Shown here: one piece after another, positions 18,916 through 30,674 of the stretch | Layout: every line of letters starts with the position of its first letter | How positions within the stretch are numbered: the stretch's first letter is position 1 | Assembly (NCBI GenBank): GCA_965214605.1 | Contig: OZ243961.1 | Span: forward strand, 1,120,001-1,184,000 | Origin: an uncultured Candidatus Binatia bacterium | Lineage (GTDB): Bacteria; Desulfobacterota; Binatia; Bin18 | Direction: 5' to 3' | Length of the DNA stretch: 64,000 nucleotides | The notes under the pieces: model-generated | What the model saw: the letters and a program-made list of their open reading frames with translations, nothing else | Databases searched by the model: none | What the model was told of the DNA's origin: nothing | Program-made: the position numbers and the translations under genes

Positions 18916-20532
18916 TCAGACCCGCAACGGAGCGGGCGCCTCGACTGACGCGGGTTGACCGGTACGTTTTTTATCTTTGTACAGTTTGTACTCGATGCTA
19001 TCGACAAGAGCCTGCCAGCTGGCCTCAATCACATTTGGTGAGACTCCAACCGTCCCCCATTTGCTATGTTCGTCCCCGGATTCAATCAACACCCGCACCG
19101 TCGCCCCGGTTCCGGCATCTTCGCCCAGCACCCGGACTTTATAGTCGAGCAGTTCCACGGTCTCGAGTTGGGGATAGAACTGGGTCAGAGCTTTGCGCAG
19201 CGCCCGGTCGAGGGCGTTGATCGGGCCGTTGCCCTGGGCCGCGGTATGCTCAACTGCTCCGTCTGGGCCTTCGACCATGATGGTCGCCTCAGACAGGGAC
19301 GGCCCGTCCTCTTCGTGCTTCTCATCAATCACCCGAAAGCCGATCAAGCGGAAGTGGCGCACCTTGCCGTTAAGAGCTTTTTGCATCAACAGCTCAAACG
19401 ACGCGTCGGCTCCCTCATACTGAAAGCCGGCGCTCTCAAGCTGTTTGACCTCGTGCAGAATCGTTTTTACCGCCGGATCGGTATTGTCCACGTCAAGCCC
19501 AAACTGCTTGGCTTTATAGATCACATTGCTACGACCCGACAAGTCAGAGACCAAGACACGTTGGTGGTTGCCGATCAGTTCAGGATCAATATGTTCGTAG
19601 GTCTCGCGATTTTTTTGGACCGCGGCCACGTGCAACCCGCCTTTATGGGCAAACGCGCTGGCACCAACGTAAGCTTGGCGCTTCTGGGGTTCGATATTGG
19701 CTAGTTCGTACACCGTGCGGGAAACCGTCGGCAATGTCTTGAGCTGGGCTGGGCTGACACACTGGTAGCCTAGTTTGAGTTGCAGATTCGGTACGACTGA
19801 GCACAGGTTGGCGTTTCCACATCGCTCGCCAAAACCGTTAATCGTGCCCTGCACCTGGCCGGCTCCGCCCTCCACACCGGCCAGCGAGTTGGCAACGGCC
19901 AGCTCACAGTCGTTGTGACAGTGAATGCCCAGGCGGCTGCCCAGGCGAGCGGCCGCCTGGGTCAGATCCCGAATCTCGTGCGGCATGCTTCCCCCGCGCG
20001 TATCACATAAGACCAACACATCGGCCCCGGCCTGGGCGGCCACCTTCAGACATTCTAGAGCGTAGTCGGAGTTGGCCTTGTAGCCGTCAAAAAAGTGCTC
20101 GGCATCAAAAAAGACCTCATCCACGCGGGCCTTCAGATAGGCAATCGAGTCACCGATGATTTCGAGGTTCGCCTGTTTTGAGATCCGCAGATCGTCTCGG
20201 ACATGCAAATCCCAGGCCTTACCGACGATGGTGACAACCGGGGTCTCGGCTTGGAGCAACAACCTGATATTCAGGTCATCGCCGGCCGTGATATTGGCAC
20301 GGCGAGTGGAACCAAAAGCGGCGATTTTGGCCTGTTTGAGAGAGAGTTTTTTGACCGCGCTGAAAAATTCCTCATCCCTCGGGTTAGAGCCCGGCCAACC
20401 GCCCTCAATGTAGCTCGTGCCAAAATTGTCCAATTGCTGGACAATCAACAGCTTATCTTCCAGGGTAAAAGCCACGTCTTCGGACTGACAGCCGTCACGC
20501 AGGGTGGTATCGTACAAGACTATGCGTTGCAT
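18916..20532 (-). CDS. cimA: citramalate synthase
   Basis: DTTLRDG.Q, GGWPGSNP, FFDAEHFFDG, HCHND, HKGGLH and LeuA-type regulatory domain. Confidence 0.92.
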   Translation of the reverse strand: MQRIVLYDTTLRDGCQSEDVAFTLEDKLLIVQQLDNFGTSYIEGGWPGSNPRDEEFFSAVKKLSLKQAKIAAFGSTRRANITAGDDLNIRLLLQAETPVVTIVGKAWDLHVRDDLRISKQANLEIIGDSIAYLKARVDEVFFDAEHFFDGYKANSDYALECLKVAAQAGADVLVLCDTRGGSMPHEIRDLTQAAARLGSRLGIHCHNDCELAVANSLAGVEGGAGQVQGTINGFGERCGNANLCSVVPNLQLKLGYQCVSPAQLKTLPTVSRTVYELANIEPQKRQAYVGASAFAHKGGLHVAAVQKNRETYEHIDPELIGNHQRVLVSDLSGRSNVIYKAKQFGLDVDNTDPAVKTILHEVKQLESAGFQYEGADASFELLMQKALNGKVRHFRLIGFRVIDEKHEEDGPSLSEATIMVEGPDGAVEHTAAQGNGPINALDRALRKALTQFYPQLETVELLDYKVRVLGEDAGTGATVRVLIESGDEHSKWGTVGVSPNVIEASWQALVDSIEYKLYKDKKRTGQPASVEAPAPLRV

Positions 20533-20579
20533 GGTGGACCTCTGAGAAATAGGATCTCCGTATCGGGACGGGGGCGCTG

Positions 20580-21794
20580 CTACTGAGCAGGGGCGATAAA
20601 CTCGTCGTGCAAGACGCGGACGGCAAGTTCACGGTATTTGGCCTCAATGACAATAGAAATTTTAATCTCTGAGGTCGAAATCATCTGAATATTAATCCCC
20701 TCACGGGCTAAGACCTGAAACATGCGAGACGCCACCCCGGCATGGCTACGCATGCCGAGTCCAACGATGGACACTTTGGCGACCTGTGTATCAAACGTCA
20801 CTCCGCCGGCCTGAATCTCCTCGGCAATACGTTCAACCCGGCTCAGTGCTCTCTGTACGTCGTCTTGGGGCACGGTGAAGGTCAGATCGGTAGAGCCCTC
20901 AGCACTCGCGTTTTGGATGATCATATCGACCACAATATTGTCATCCGCGATAGGGGTAAACAGCTTGGCCGCCAAACCGGGTCGGTCGGGAACCCGCTGC
21001 AGGGTAATTTTGACTTGGTTCAGGTCGGACGTCACGCCTGAGACGATCACGTCTTCCATACTCGGTTCCTCTTCGACCAGAAACGTTCCGGTGTCCGGCA
21101 CAAAGCTCGACCGGACATGGACCGCTACGTGGTGGCGTTTGGCGAACTCAACCGATCGAATCTGCAAAACTTTTGCCCCCAGGCTGGCCAACTCAAGCAT
21201 CTCGTCATAGGAGACACGCTGCATTTTTCGGGCGTTGGGGCAGATGCGCGGATCGGCAGTATACACGCCGTCCACATCGGTGTAGATCTCACACACCTCG
21301 GCTTGGGTCACGGCCGCAATAGCTACCGCCGAGGTGTCCGATCCGCCCCGGCCCAGAGTGGTAATATTGTCGTCGGCGTCAACTCCCTGAAAGCCGGCCA
21401 CCACCACGATGGCGCCGTTGTTGAGCGCGCCGGTCAAGCGGTCGGTTGCGATACGCTGAATCCGCGCCCGGCCAAAGGTACTATCGGTAGTGATTTCGAC
21501 CTGGTGGCCGAGCAGCGGTTGGGTCGGATAGCCCATGTCTTTCAGAGCCATAGACAGTAGGGCCACAGTCACTTGTTCTCCAGTTGAAACCAAGAGATCG
21601 CTGGCCTGGGCGTCGGGGCGATCGGTCACCTGCCCGGCTAGTCCTAACAGCCGGTCCGTCTCACCGCTCATGGCCGACACCACAACCGCGACCCGATGGC
21701 CAGCGTTGCGAGTTTTGGCAATCCGCTGGGCGACCGCCTTGATTCGGTCAGGCGATCCGACCGATGTTCCGCCGTATTTCTGAACAATAAGCAT
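20580..21794 (-). CDS. lysC: aspartate kinase
   Basis: [19 protein letters not shown], two ACT domains. Confidence 0.95.
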   Translation of the reverse strand: MLIVQKYGGTSVGSPDRIKAVAQRIAKTRNAGHRVAVVVSAMSGETDRLLGLAGQVTDRPDAQASDLLVSTGEQVTVALLSMALKDMGYPTQPLLGHQVEITTDSTFGRARIQRIATDRLTGALNNGAIVVVAGFQGVDADDNITTLGRGGSDTSAVAIAAVTQAEVCEIYTDVDGVYTADPRICPNARKMQRVSYDEMLELASLGAKVLQIRSVEFAKRHHVAVHVRSSFVPDTGTFLVEEEPSMEDVIVSGVTSDLNQVKITLQRVPDRPGLAAKLFTPIADDNIVVDMIIQNASAEGSTDLTFTVPQDDVQRALSRVERIAEEIQAGGVTFDTQVAKVSIVGLGMRSHAGVASRMFQVLAREGINIQMISTSEIKISIVIEAKYRELAVRVLHDEFIAPAQ

Positions 21795-21805
21795 GGAATC
21801 CGTCT

Positions 21806-22300
21806 TCAGCAGAAAAAACGAGAGGGCTCACCAAGCCGGCGTATCAAGCGTCGGTAGGGCTCACCATACGCCGTCAACGTAATCATTCGGACATCGGCAT
21901 GAGCGATGCGCAAGGACACTAGCAGATACTCCTCAAGCAGGTTGACCGGGAGAAACCGAAACCATTCGACGGCGCTCACCCCCCGGCCAAACAGATACTC
22001 CTCAAACCCGAGCTCTTCCATATCCTCGGTCTCAAGGCCTTCCAAACGGTACAAGTCGATATGGAATAGAGCAGCCTTCTCCCTATAATGCTCGGCGATG
22101 AGAGTAAAGGTGGGGCTGGCAACCGCATCACCATCAAGCCCTAGGCCGGTGGCTAAGCCCTTCACAAAGCAGGTCTTGCCAGCCCCCAGATCACCCTCAA
22201 GGCCGACGACGGCTCCGGGCGATAATCTCCGCCCGATCTCTCGGCCGAGTGCCCGAGTCTGTTGGGGACTACCAGTTCGTACGGTCAAGCTAGAATTCAT
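21806..22300 (-). CDS. tsaE: t6A tRNA modification ATPase
   Basis: [24 protein letters not shown] motifs. Confidence 0.94.
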   Translation of the reverse strand: MNSSLTVRTGSPQQTRALGREIGRRLSPGAVVGLEGDLGAGKTCFVKGLATGLGLDGDAVASPTFTLIAEHYREKAALFHIDLYRLEGLETEDMEELGFEEYLFGRGVSAVEWFRFLPVNLLEEYLLVSLRIAHADVRMITLTAYGEPYRRLIRRLGEPSRFFC

Positions 22301-22314
22301 GGCTGAAGCGCCGT

Positions 22315-23901
22315 CTAGCCAGTCGGCTGATGGGCCTGAGTTGACAAGGACTGCAGTGAGCGCGGCAGCCGGTCGATAACGTCTCGGGCCAGTATTCCGA
22401 CTGGTCCGAGCTCTTGGGCTGCCAGGTCACCCGCGCTGCCGTGGACGAAAACGCCTAACTGACACGCCTCAGCAGGCCGATAGCCTTGGGCCAGCAGACC
22501 GCCGATGATACCGGCCAGGACGTCGCCCATCCCTCCGCTGGCCATACCAGGGTTACCAGTCGGATTGATCCAGGCCCAGCCGTCGGGAGCAGCGATCACC
22601 GTCCGAGCGCCTTTGAGGACAACATAACATCCGGAGTGGCTAGCGAAGCTGCGAGCGACGTCAAGGCGATCGACCTGGACCTCGGCCGTGCTGGTGCCGG
22701 TCAGCCGCGCCATCTCACCCGGATGTGGGGTCAGCACGACCGGCTGCGACGCCTCGCCCAGCATGTCGGGCTGGGCTGCTACACAGTTCAGGCCGTCGGC
22801 GTCGATTAGGAGCGGCATCTCGGTATTCTTGAGCAACCAGCGGGTCAGCTTCAGCGTGTCGGCAGAGACGCCAATACCGGGTCCAAACGCGATGGCGGTC
22901 CGGTCCTGGAGCGCCGCCGTATAGGGCGCTCTTGACGCCATCCGCAGACTGCCGTCGGCGCGTTCGGGAAGGCCGAGCGTCATGGCTTCGAGCAGGACCG
23001 AAGAAAAGACCGGAATAAGAGACTCCGGTCCAGCCAGCGTCACCAAACCGGTTCCGATCCGCAGGCTAGCAGAGGCGGCCAACAGCGCGGCGCCGCTCTT
23101 GCCGCGGGCACCAGCCAAGACCACCAGGTGTCCGAAGCGGCCCTTGTGTGATTCGGGCTGACGCGGCTGGACAAAGAGGCCCACTGTTTCAGGACTCAGC
23201 AAACCCAACGTCGGCTCGACCGCGGCCAACGCCTCAGGCGCAACCCCGATATCGACGACGACCAGACGACCGACATACTTCAGCCCAGGATACAGGCTGA
23301 GGCCGAGCTTAGGATAGCCGAACGTGACGGTCAGCTGAGCTCGAACTGCGGCCTCCAGAGGCTGTCCGTTGTCGGCGTCTAAGCCGGACGGAATATCAAC
23401 TGCGACCACCGGCCGGCCACTGGCATTGACCAGCTTGATCAGTTCGGCAGCCATCCCCCGGACCGGCGCGTTGAGCCCGGTTCCCAGCAGGGCATCGACA
23501 ACGACACAACAGCTACTGAGTTTGTCCTGAACCAGCGTCAGCTGCTCCAGCTGCGTTACTTCGGTAATCCGCCCGCGGCCGCGGGCAAAGGCCAGCATAT
23601 TGTGGCGCGCATCGCCTCTCACCGCCGCCCGTTTTGCGGCCAAGACGACCTCACAGGCGAGGCCGTGTTTTTTGAGTAAGCGGGCCATCACAAAGCCGTC
23701 GCCACCGTTGTTGCCCTTGCCGGCCAGCACCAAAACGGTAGCGTTCTTCTTATCGCTCAGGAGCTGCGGAAACGCTGCAAGCAGGTGGGCCGTTGCCCCG
23801 GCTCCAGCCCGTTCCATGAGTACCCGCCCCGGCGTTCCGTAGCGTTCAATGGTGAGCCGATCAATCTCACGCATCTGTTGGCCAGTCACCAGATACATCA
23901 C
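22315..23901 (-). CDS. nnr: bifunctional NAD(P)HX epimerase/dehydratase
   Basis: GKGNNGGDG, DALLGTG, HKGRFG, TPHPGE, GGMGDVLAG motifs. Confidence 0.94.
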   Translation of the reverse strand: MMYLVTGQQMREIDRLTIERYGTPGRVLMERAGAGATAHLLAAFPQLLSDKKNATVLVLAGKGNNGGDGFVMARLLKKHGLACEVVLAAKRAAVRGDARHNMLAFARGRGRITEVTQLEQLTLVQDKLSSCCVVVDALLGTGLNAPVRGMAAELIKLVNASGRPVVAVDIPSGLDADNGQPLEAAVRAQLTVTFGYPKLGLSLYPGLKYVGRLVVVDIGVAPEALAAVEPTLGLLSPETVGLFVQPRQPESHKGRFGHLVVLAGARGKSGAALLAASASLRIGTGLVTLAGPESLIPVFSSVLLEAMTLGLPERADGSLRMASRAPYTAALQDRTAIAFGPGIGVSADTLKLTRWLLKNTEMPLLIDADGLNCVAAQPDMLGEASQPVVLTPHPGEMARLTGTSTAEVQVDRLDVARSFASHSGCYVVLKGARTVIAAPDGWAWINPTGNPGMASGGMGDVLAGIIGGLLAQGYRPAEACQLGVFVHGSAGDLAAQELGPVGILARDVIDRLPRSLQSLSTQAHQPTG

Positions 23902-23909
23902 GGTATCCT

Positions 23910-25307
23910 CTACTCCGGTACGCCCAGGTGTGTACGCACCGCGTCGGCCACCTCCTCACCGTAGCCGTGCACCCGGCTCTCGTCGGTTCCTTCGACCATG
24001 ACCCTCACCAAAGGTTCGGTACCGGAGTAGCGCACCAGTAGACGGCCGGAATTGCCCAGCGCTTTGGTCACCCGTTGCATGGTCAGGGCAATAGGTTCGA
24101 CGCTGGTTAGATCACACCGCTCACGGACCCTGATGTTAATCAGGTGTTGCGGATAGCGCGCCATGATGTGCTTGAGTTCGGACAGTGGCCGTTGGCGCTG
24201 GAGCATGATGGCTAAAAGCGACAGAAAGGTGATCAGACCGTCCCCAGTCGTGTTGGTGTCTAAGAAGACAACATGCCCAGACTGTTCTCCGCCCAGCACA
24301 TATCCACCCCGCCGCATCGCTTCGACCACATAGCGGTCACCGACCGGAGTCCGAACCAACCGCCCGCCCATACGGCGCAGCGCCACCTCAAGGCCGAGAT
24401 TGCTCATCACGGTTGCCACCAAGGTCTTATGTGGAAGTTTGCCGGTGCGCAACTTTTCCTCAGCAGCAATGGCCAAAATGGCGTCACCATCGACAATCTC
24501 GGCGGTCTCGTCAACCAGGATGGCCCGATCTGCGTCGCCATCAAGAGCCAGCCCGATGTCCGCCCCGGTCTCTCGGACCAGCCGTTGGACGTGGTAGGGG
24601 TGGAGCGCTCCACAGTCGGCGTTAATATTCTCCCCGTCTGGCTCAACCCCAATCGCGGTCACCTGTGCGCCCAGTTCGGCCAAGACTTCGGGGGCTACTC
24701 TATAGCCAGCGCCGTTGGCACAGTCGATAACGATTTTGACCCCTTCCAGGGTCAGCTCGCGCGGAAAAGTAGTCTTGGCAAAGACGTTATAGCGTCCCAG
24801 GGCATCATCGATCCGGGCGGCCTTGCCGATGGCGGTCGCGGTAGGCCGCAAATGGTCAATCTTCCCATCCATAACCAGCGCTTCGATGTTATCTTCGACG
24901 CCGTCAGGCAACTTGAACCCATCCCGCGAAAAAATCTTGACTCCATTATCCTGGAACGGATTATGCGAGGCGGAGATCATGACCCCGGCATTCGCCCGCT
25001 GGCTGCGGGTCAGAAAGGCAACTCCAGGAGTTGGTAGGGGCCCGACCAAGAGCACGTCCGCACCCATCGAACAGATGCCGGACGCCAGAGCGGTCTCAAG
25101 CATATACCCCGACAAACGGGTATCCTTGCCAATCAGAATTTTATGCCGACCTGGGACATCACGAAAGACATAGGCCAGCGCTCGTCCGAGCCGTAGCGCC
25201 GTTTCTGCCGTTATCGGCTCGATATTGGCAACCCCCCGGATCCCGTCAGTACCAAACAAGCGTCCCCCCGTGTGCCCATCGCCCTGTCCATTTCCACTGT
25301 CCGTCAT
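23910..25307 (-). CDS. glmM: phosphoglucosamine mutase
   Basis: [34 protein letters not shown] motifs. Confidence 0.96.
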   Translation of the reverse strand: MTDSGNGQGDGHTGGRLFGTDGIRGVANIEPITAETALRLGRALAYVFRDVPGRHKILIGKDTRLSGYMLETALASGICSMGADVLLVGPLPTPGVAFLTRSQRANAGVMISASHNPFQDNGVKIFSRDGFKLPDGVEDNIEALVMDGKIDHLRPTATAIGKAARIDDALGRYNVFAKTTFPRELTLEGVKIVIDCANGAGYRVAPEVLAELGAQVTAIGVEPDGENINADCGALHPYHVQRLVRETGADIGLALDGDADRAILVDETAEIVDGDAILAIAAEEKLRTGKLPHKTLVATVMSNLGLEVALRRMGGRLVRTPVGDRYVVEAMRRGGYVLGGEQSGHVVFLDTNTTGDGLITFLSLLAIMLQRQRPLSELKHIMARYPQHLINIRVRERCDLTSVEPIALTMQRVTKALGNSGRLLVRYSGTEPLVRVMVEGTDESRVHGYGEEVADAVRTHLGVPE

Positions 25308-25344
25308 AAACCTGTCCCTCTCACTTGTACAGGTGGCAGCGCTG

Positions 25345-26343
25345 TTATTGCCCACCCACCCCGGTGGGTTCCTCTTCGGCGTCTTGATTGTCTTCACCCG
25401 GCCGAGCAACCTGCCCGTTCGTCAGAGTTAAAGACACCTCCATCGGCTCCTGGGAGACAATCTCAACCCCCGGCGGCACCAGAACCGTTATGGTGGCCGG
25501 GGCGGTGCCCGACTTGTGTCCGGCCGCATCAATAAATACCTCTTCCTCACTCAACTGTAACTGTTCCAGCACCCGTTGCGGGCCGTGCACGACAACATCA
25601 ACCGTGGTCGGAGAAAGCGCGGCGACTAGGTCCGTATTGCGCACGGTCAACGTGATCTGTGGAAAGGCGCGCGAGATCATCACATCCTGAATCTCAACTC
25701 GAACGCGAACTTGTGGCAGGTTGTAGGCCAGCAGGTCATCCTGCGGCCGTATTAAATCGAGATCAAGCGTCGTCGATTGAGTCAAGCGACTCAGCTGCAG
25801 GGGCTCGGTCAGCACCGACCGGAGACGAGCCACAGCAGGAGCCGGACCGGTGACTTCGACCGTATCAGGCACCAGCTCCATCTCGCCGGCTTGATAGCCC
25901 GAGGGTGGCTCGCCTTGGACGTCGAGATGGATCGGCAAGGTGCGCGTCTCAATCCGGGTAATGTCAAGGTTGATTTGAGACGGACTGATCCGCACCAGCT
26001 GTACCCCACGCGGCAGACTGAGCCGTTCAGCTCCAATCCGGAAAGACGACTGCCCAGGACGCATTCCGGTCAGGTCCAACACGATCTTTGGTTGGTTGAG
26101 TAAGCCTAAGAGGGTGCGCGGTCCGAGGACTTGGACATCGACCGAAGCAACCTGGACTCCGGTCACGACCAAGTGGGGCGGCAGGTTTCGCCATTCGAGC
26201 GGAACGGTCAGCGACTTTTCAGTATCCCGCTCTCCAGCATTCACCATCAGCCACAGCCCGGCTGCAAAGACCAGAGAAAACACTTTCACAAAAATGTTCC
26301 GAAAGATGATCCGCCACAGGAGGTGCAATCCGTCCTTAAGCAT
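25345..26343 (-). CDS. cdaR: YbbR-domain diadenylate cyclase regulator
   Basis: N-terminal TM ([12 protein letters not shown]), repeated YbbR-like beta domains, position between cdaA and glmM. Confidence 0.85.
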   Translation of the reverse strand: MLKDGLHLLWRIIFRNIFVKVFSLVFAAGLWLMVNAGERDTEKSLTVPLEWRNLPPHLVVTGVQVASVDVQVLGPRTLLGLLNQPKIVLDLTGMRPGQSSFRIGAERLSLPRGVQLVRISPSQINLDITRIETRTLPIHLDVQGEPPSGYQAGEMELVPDTVEVTGPAPAVARLRSVLTEPLQLSRLTQSTTLDLDLIRPQDDLLAYNLPQVRVRVEIQDVMISRAFPQITLTVRNTDLVAALSPTTVDVVVHGPQRVLEQLQLSEEEVFIDAAGHKSGTAPATITVLVPPGVEIVSQEPMEVSLTLTNGQVARPGEDNQDAEEEPTGVGGQ

Positions 26344-27091
26344 GGACAAAAAACTGTTGGAGCGAGACGCGGAGCGTGGCGACATCTAAGTCATGCTCAA
26401 TCCGCCCTTCCCGTACCAAGGACACAGTCCCTTCTTCTTCCGATACTATCACAACAAGCGCGTCGGTTTCCTCGGTCAGTCCGATTGCCGCCCGATGACG
26501 AGCGCCCAGATTTTTATTCACGTTAGGATTAACGGTCAGCGGCAAGAAACACCCCGCTGCGGTAATGCGCCCAGCCTGAATGACAACTGCTCCGTCATGA
26601 ATCGGCGAGGCAGTCAGAAAAATACTCCCCAGTAATTCTTTACTCACCCGGGCATCAAGCGGGGTGCCACCCCCGATGTACTCGTTGAGCCCGACGGTTC
26701 GTTCCAGAACGATCAGCGCCCCAATCCGTTTTGAGGCCAACGAAACCGCAGCTCGGCTCACCTCCTCAGCAACCGAGGTATACGTACTCCGGGTGCGTAC
26801 CCCGAGCAAGGACCCACGTCCCATCTCGGTCAAGGCCCGACGGATGTCGTTTTGAAACAGCACGACAATAACGAGCAGGATAGAGCCAAGGAAATTATCC
26901 AGCATCCAGTTCAGGGTGTAGAGCTCCAAAACCTGAGAGCCGAGATAGGTCAGAAACAGAAGGACCAAGCCGACCAACATTTGCACCGCTCGAGTCCCCC
27001 GGATCAGATGGATGATCCAGTACACCCCACAGGCAATGAGGACGACATCAAGGAGGTCTTGCCAGCGCAGCTGAATAAAGAGATCGGACAT
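26336..27091 (-). CDS. cdaA: diadenylate cyclase (c-di-AMP synthase)
   Basis: Three N-terminal TM helices; HDGA and RHRAA DAC motifs. Confidence 0.94.
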   Translation of the reverse strand: MSDLFIQLRWQDLLDVVLIACGVYWIIHLIRGTRAVQMLVGLVLLFLTYLGSQVLELYTLNWMLDNFLGSILLVIVVLFQNDIRRALTEMGRGSLLGVRTRSTYTSVAEEVSRAAVSLASKRIGALIVLERTVGLNEYIGGGTPLDARVSKELLGSIFLTASPIHDGAVVIQAGRITAAGCFLPLTVNPNVNKNLGARHRAAIGLTEETDALVVIVSEEEGTVSLVREGRIEHDLDVATLRVSLQQFFVHA

Positions 27092-27096
27092 GGGGC

Positions 27097-27222
27097 TCAG
27101 GCTGCTGCCCCCACACGAACCACCCTCCGCTCAGACACAGACGGCGTCTGTAGGCTGGTCCAGGGGCGTCCGCTGAGGACAACGGTCGAGCCCCGGTTGC
27201 CAAGACGGGCGGCGTGCGGCAT
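27097..27222 (-). pseudogene. 41-codon ORF, probable internal-deletion remnant of dihydropteroate synthase (folP)
   Basis: MPHAARLGNRGSTVVLSGRPW...VSERRVVRVGAAA with GAGG RBS, at the ftsH-cdaA junction where folP normally lies; ends resemble FolP termini. Confidence 0.45.
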
Positions 27223-27242
27223 GGGTAGCCTCAACTTTTGGA

Positions 27243-29084
27243 CTAGGCCTCGGCTGGTGCCGGTGAATCGCTCGCCGCGTTTGGATCTTTGCCAAAGAGT
27301 TTAATCATCTCGGCAATCTCGGCCCCATCCAGGACTTCTTTCTCCAGGAGATGCTCAGCCATCTTGTGCAAGACCTCGATATTGGTCTGCAACAGCACCT
27401 TGGCTCGCTCGTAGGCGTTCATGATGATCCGACGAACCTCGCTATCAATCTCAATCGCCGTCTGCTCAGAGTATTCTTTCATTTGGGTGAAATCACGGCC
27501 CAGAAAAATCTGTTCATCTTTCTTACCAAACGTCATTGGGCCGAGCTTTTCGCTCATACCCCACTCACACACCATACGACGGGCCAGTTCGGTCGCTTTC
27601 TCGATATCGTCGCCCGCGCCGGTCGTGGTATGGCCGAGCACGATCTCTTCCGCCACCCGACCGCCAAACATAATCGCCAAACGCTTGAGCACGTACTCTT
27701 TGGAGAAGGTATGACGGTCGTCGACCGGGACCTGCTGGGTCACGCCGAGTGCCATCCCACGCGGGATAATCGAGACTTTGTGGACCGGATCAGTGCCCGG
27801 AGTGAGTCCAGCGACAAGCGCGTGGCCTGCCTCGTGATAGGCAGTGTTACGTTTCTCTTCAGACGTCAGAATCAGACTGCGCCGCTCGGCTCCCATTAAA
27901 ACCTTATCTTTGGACAGCTCAAAGTCTTCCATACTGACTTTTTCTTTGTTTTGGCGGGCGGCCAGCAGGGCGGCCTCGTTCACGAGGTTCTCGAGGTCGG
28001 CCCCGGAGAACCCCGGCGTTGTGCGGGCCAGGGTTTCGACATCAACGCTCTCGTCGATTGGCACATGGCGACTGTGAACACGCAGAATCTCTTCGCGGCC
28101 GCGGACATCCGGACGGGGCACCACCACCCGCCGATCAAATCGCCCCGGCCGCAGCAGGGCGGGATCGAGAACATCAGGCCGGTTGGTGGCTGCAATAAGA
28201 ATGACCCCCTCATTGGCCTCGAAACCGTCCATTTCGACCAAGAGCTGGTTAAGCGTCTGTTCGCGCTCGTCGTGGCCGCCCCCCAGCCCCGCCCCACGGT
28301 GGCGTCCAACCGCATCAATTTCGTCGATGAAGATCAGACATGGAGCCTGTTTTTTGCCCTGGATAAACAGATCGCGGACGCGGGATGCCCCGACCCCGAC
28401 AAACATCTCGACAAAGTCTGAGCCGCTTATTGAGAAGAACGGCACCCCGGCCTCGCCGGCAATGGCACGGGCTAGCAGCGTTTTCCCGGTTCCCGGTGCG
28501 CCCACCAGCAATACGCCCTTGGGAATACGACCGCCTAGGCGGGTAAACTTTTTGGGATCTTTCAGAAAGGCAATGATCTCTTCGAGCTCTTGTTTGGCCT
28601 CCTCAATACCCGCAACGTCGCTAAAAGTGACTTTTTGCTGATTTTCGGTCAACACCTTGGCCCGGCTCTTACCAAACGACATAGCCTTGCCCCCACCCAT
28701 CTGCATCTGGCGCATAAAGAACACCCAGACACCGATGAGGAGCAACATCGGGAACCATTGGACTAAGACCGCCACATACCACGGATCGCCCTGTTCGGGC
28801 TTGGCGGCAACCCGCACGCCCTGCTCGCGCAGGGTCCGCAGCAATTCAGGATCATCGGGCGAGGGCGCAAAGGTTTTAAAGCGGCTGTCGTCACTAAAGC
28901 GGCCATAAATCGTCTGCCCCTGTATGGTGACTTCGGAGACCTCACCGCGTTTGAGGGCGGAGAAGAAATCGCTAAACACCACCTCAGGTCTTTGAGGCTG
29001 CTGGCGGCTGAATAAATTAAACAGCAGGAGAATCATGAGTCCCAACACCAGCCATAAAGCGAGATTGTGTGAAACTTTGTTCAC
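27243..29084 (-). CDS. ftsH: ATP-dependent zinc metalloprotease FtsH
   Basis: Two TM helices, [18 protein letters not shown]; likely GTG start at 29084. Confidence 0.97.
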   Translation of the reverse strand: MNKVSHNLALWLVLGLMILLLFNLFSRQQPQRPEVVFSDFFSALKRGEVSEVTIQGQTIYGRFSDDSRFKTFAPSPDDPELLRTLREQGVRVAAKPEQGDPWYVAVLVQWFPMLLLIGVWVFFMRQMQMGGGKAMSFGKSRAKVLTENQQKVTFSDVAGIEEAKQELEEIIAFLKDPKKFTRLGGRIPKGVLLVGAPGTGKTLLARAIAGEAGVPFFSISGSDFVEMFVGVGASRVRDLFIQGKKQAPCLIFIDEIDAVGRHRGAGLGGGHDEREQTLNQLLVEMDGFEANEGVILIAATNRPDVLDPALLRPGRFDRRVVVPRPDVRGREEILRVHSRHVPIDESVDVETLARTTPGFSGADLENLVNEAALLAARQNKEKVSMEDFELSKDKVLMGAERRSLILTSEEKRNTAYHEAGHALVAGLTPGTDPVHKVSIIPRGMALGVTQQVPVDDRHTFSKEYVLKRLAIMFGGRVAEEIVLGHTTTGAGDDIEKATELARRMVCEWGMSEKLGPMTFGKKDEQIFLGRDFTQMKEYSEQTAIEIDSEVRRIIMNAYERAKVLLQTNIEVLHKMAEHLLEKEVLDGAEIAEMIKLFGKDPNAASDSPAPAEA

Positions 29085-29115
29085 TCCTTGCCCCTTTCCA
29101 TCATACACGGCCAAC

Positions 29116-30663
29116 CTAACACAGTTCTGCTTTCTCCGGCAATGGGCTGACCACACACTGACACACCGAACGCGTTGTCGGCGTGACCAGGGCGGTTTTC
29201 CCCCGGACATAACCGGGCACCCATGCCACTTCAGAATCATCATCTCCCAAAACGACCAAGGGAAAAATCAGACGCAGACGGCGCGGCAGCTTAGCATCAC
29301 TAAATACATTGTAAACTTTCTTTCGGCCAGCCATGCCTAGAGGAAAAATACGATCTCCGGGCCGCACACTGCGCACCCGAAGGCCTGACGACACCAGCGC
29401 GGCGTCAAAGAACGTCCGCCACGGATCGGCCGTTCGCGCCTGGGCGGGTGTAGCCTGCCACGCGATCGGCTCGCTCAGCCAACACTGCCAGCCGCTGCCG
29501 GGTATGTGGGGGATAGCGGGCAGTCCCAGCCTTTGCCCGCATGAGAGGAGGTAGGTGTAGGATTCAGAGGTAAAACGCTTTGGTTCAGCAATAAGACAGT
29601 CCTGTTCAACCCGGACCTGGAGACTGCCGGGCAGTTCAACAGTGCCCCGAACCCGCCCTTCGGCCAAGGCCCGAACCTGTTCAAGGTGAATAAAGCCAAG
29701 GTGGTGGCCAATGAGTTCGAGCCACTGGCGTAAAATCCGGACGCGCAGGGCGACAGGCTCAGTCGCCCAGGCGCGGACGCGCAGGCCGGGCATGCCGTCC
29801 CGCTTATACTGAACGCGCAGTCGGGCCGCCGTTGTCGCGGTTTCGAGCCAAGCCTCTTCTTCGCGTAAGGTATCGGCCAGATGGGCCAAATGACGAGAGA
29901 TGCGAGGCGAGAACTCGGTCGCCAGCAGGGGCAACAGGCGGTGTCGAATGCGGTTGCGAGCATAACCGAGATCGGCGTTACTGGGATCGGTCACATAAGA
30001 CAACCGGCGGTCGGTCAGATACTCCAAGACTTCCTGCCGGCTGCAGTCCAGCAGCGGACGAATGAGCCGCTTGTCTCCCTGCGTTCCGATCGTGCGACTT
30101 GGCGGAATACCGCTTAGGCCGCGCCGGGCACTGCCCCGCAGGAGCCGAAACAGCACGGTTTCGGCCTGATCGTCCCGGGTGTGGGCCAGAGCTAGATAGT
30201 CCAGCCCTTCTTGCTCCATCACCGCTTCAAAAAATTGATAGCGCGCGTTGCGCGCCCAGGCTTCAACGCCGTGAGGGGGGGGGGAGAAGTCCAGTTTCTT
30301 TATAAAGCAGGGCAGCTGCCACAGCCGACACAGCCGTTCAACATATCGCTGTTCGTGGTCGGCTTCCGGCCGCAGCCCATGGTTGACGTGGAGTACGCTG
30401 AGGTGTGAGGGGACACTGCTCGGCTGGGCTAGCAGGGCGCTCAACAAGGCGACAGAGTCTGGTCCACCCGAAACCCCGACTCCGAGACGAACGACCTGGT
30501 TGCCCGGCCCAGCCTGTCCTGGGGAAGAAAAAAACCGCCTCAGAGCAGTCTCGACTTTACGTTCGAGCGGCAAAACCCCTCCCTTTTTTCCCCCTGAACG
30601 GGGGCTTTGACCTTCCATACGTCTACCGTACGGCCCCTTGTGACGTTGCGGGAACCTTGGCAT
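29116..30663 (-). CDS. tilS: tRNA(Ile)-lysidine synthetase
   Basis: [33 protein letters not shown] motifs; true start may lie somewhat downstream of 30663. Confidence 0.93.
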   Translation of the reverse strand: MPRFPQRHKGPYGRRMEGQSPRSGGKKGGVLPLERKVETALRRFFSSPGQAGPGNQVVRLGVGVSGGPDSVALLSALLAQPSSVPSHLSVLHVNHGLRPEADHEQRYVERLCRLWQLPCFIKKLDFSPPPHGVEAWARNARYQFFEAVMEQEGLDYLALAHTRDDQAETVLFRLLRGSARRGLSGIPPSRTIGTQGDKRLIRPLLDCSRQEVLEYLTDRRLSYVTDPSNADLGYARNRIRHRLLPLLATEFSPRISRHLAHLADTLREEEAWLETATTAARLRVQYKRDGMPGLRVRAWATEPVALRVRILRQWLELIGHHLGFIHLEQVRALAEGRVRGTVELPGSLQVRVEQDCLIAEPKRFTSESYTYLLSCGQRLGLPAIPHIPGSGWQCWLSEPIAWQATPAQARTADPWRTFFDAALVSSGLRVRSVRPGDRIFPLGMAGRKKVYNVFSDAKLPRRLRLIFPLVVLGDDDSEVAWVPGYVRGKTALVTPTTRSVCQCVVSPLPEKAELC

Positions 30664-30674
30664 GGTGTCGGGTT

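Noticed and set aside
30275-30284. G10 tract as a phase-variation switch
   Set aside because: It lies in frame within tilS, normally essential, encoding a Pro run.
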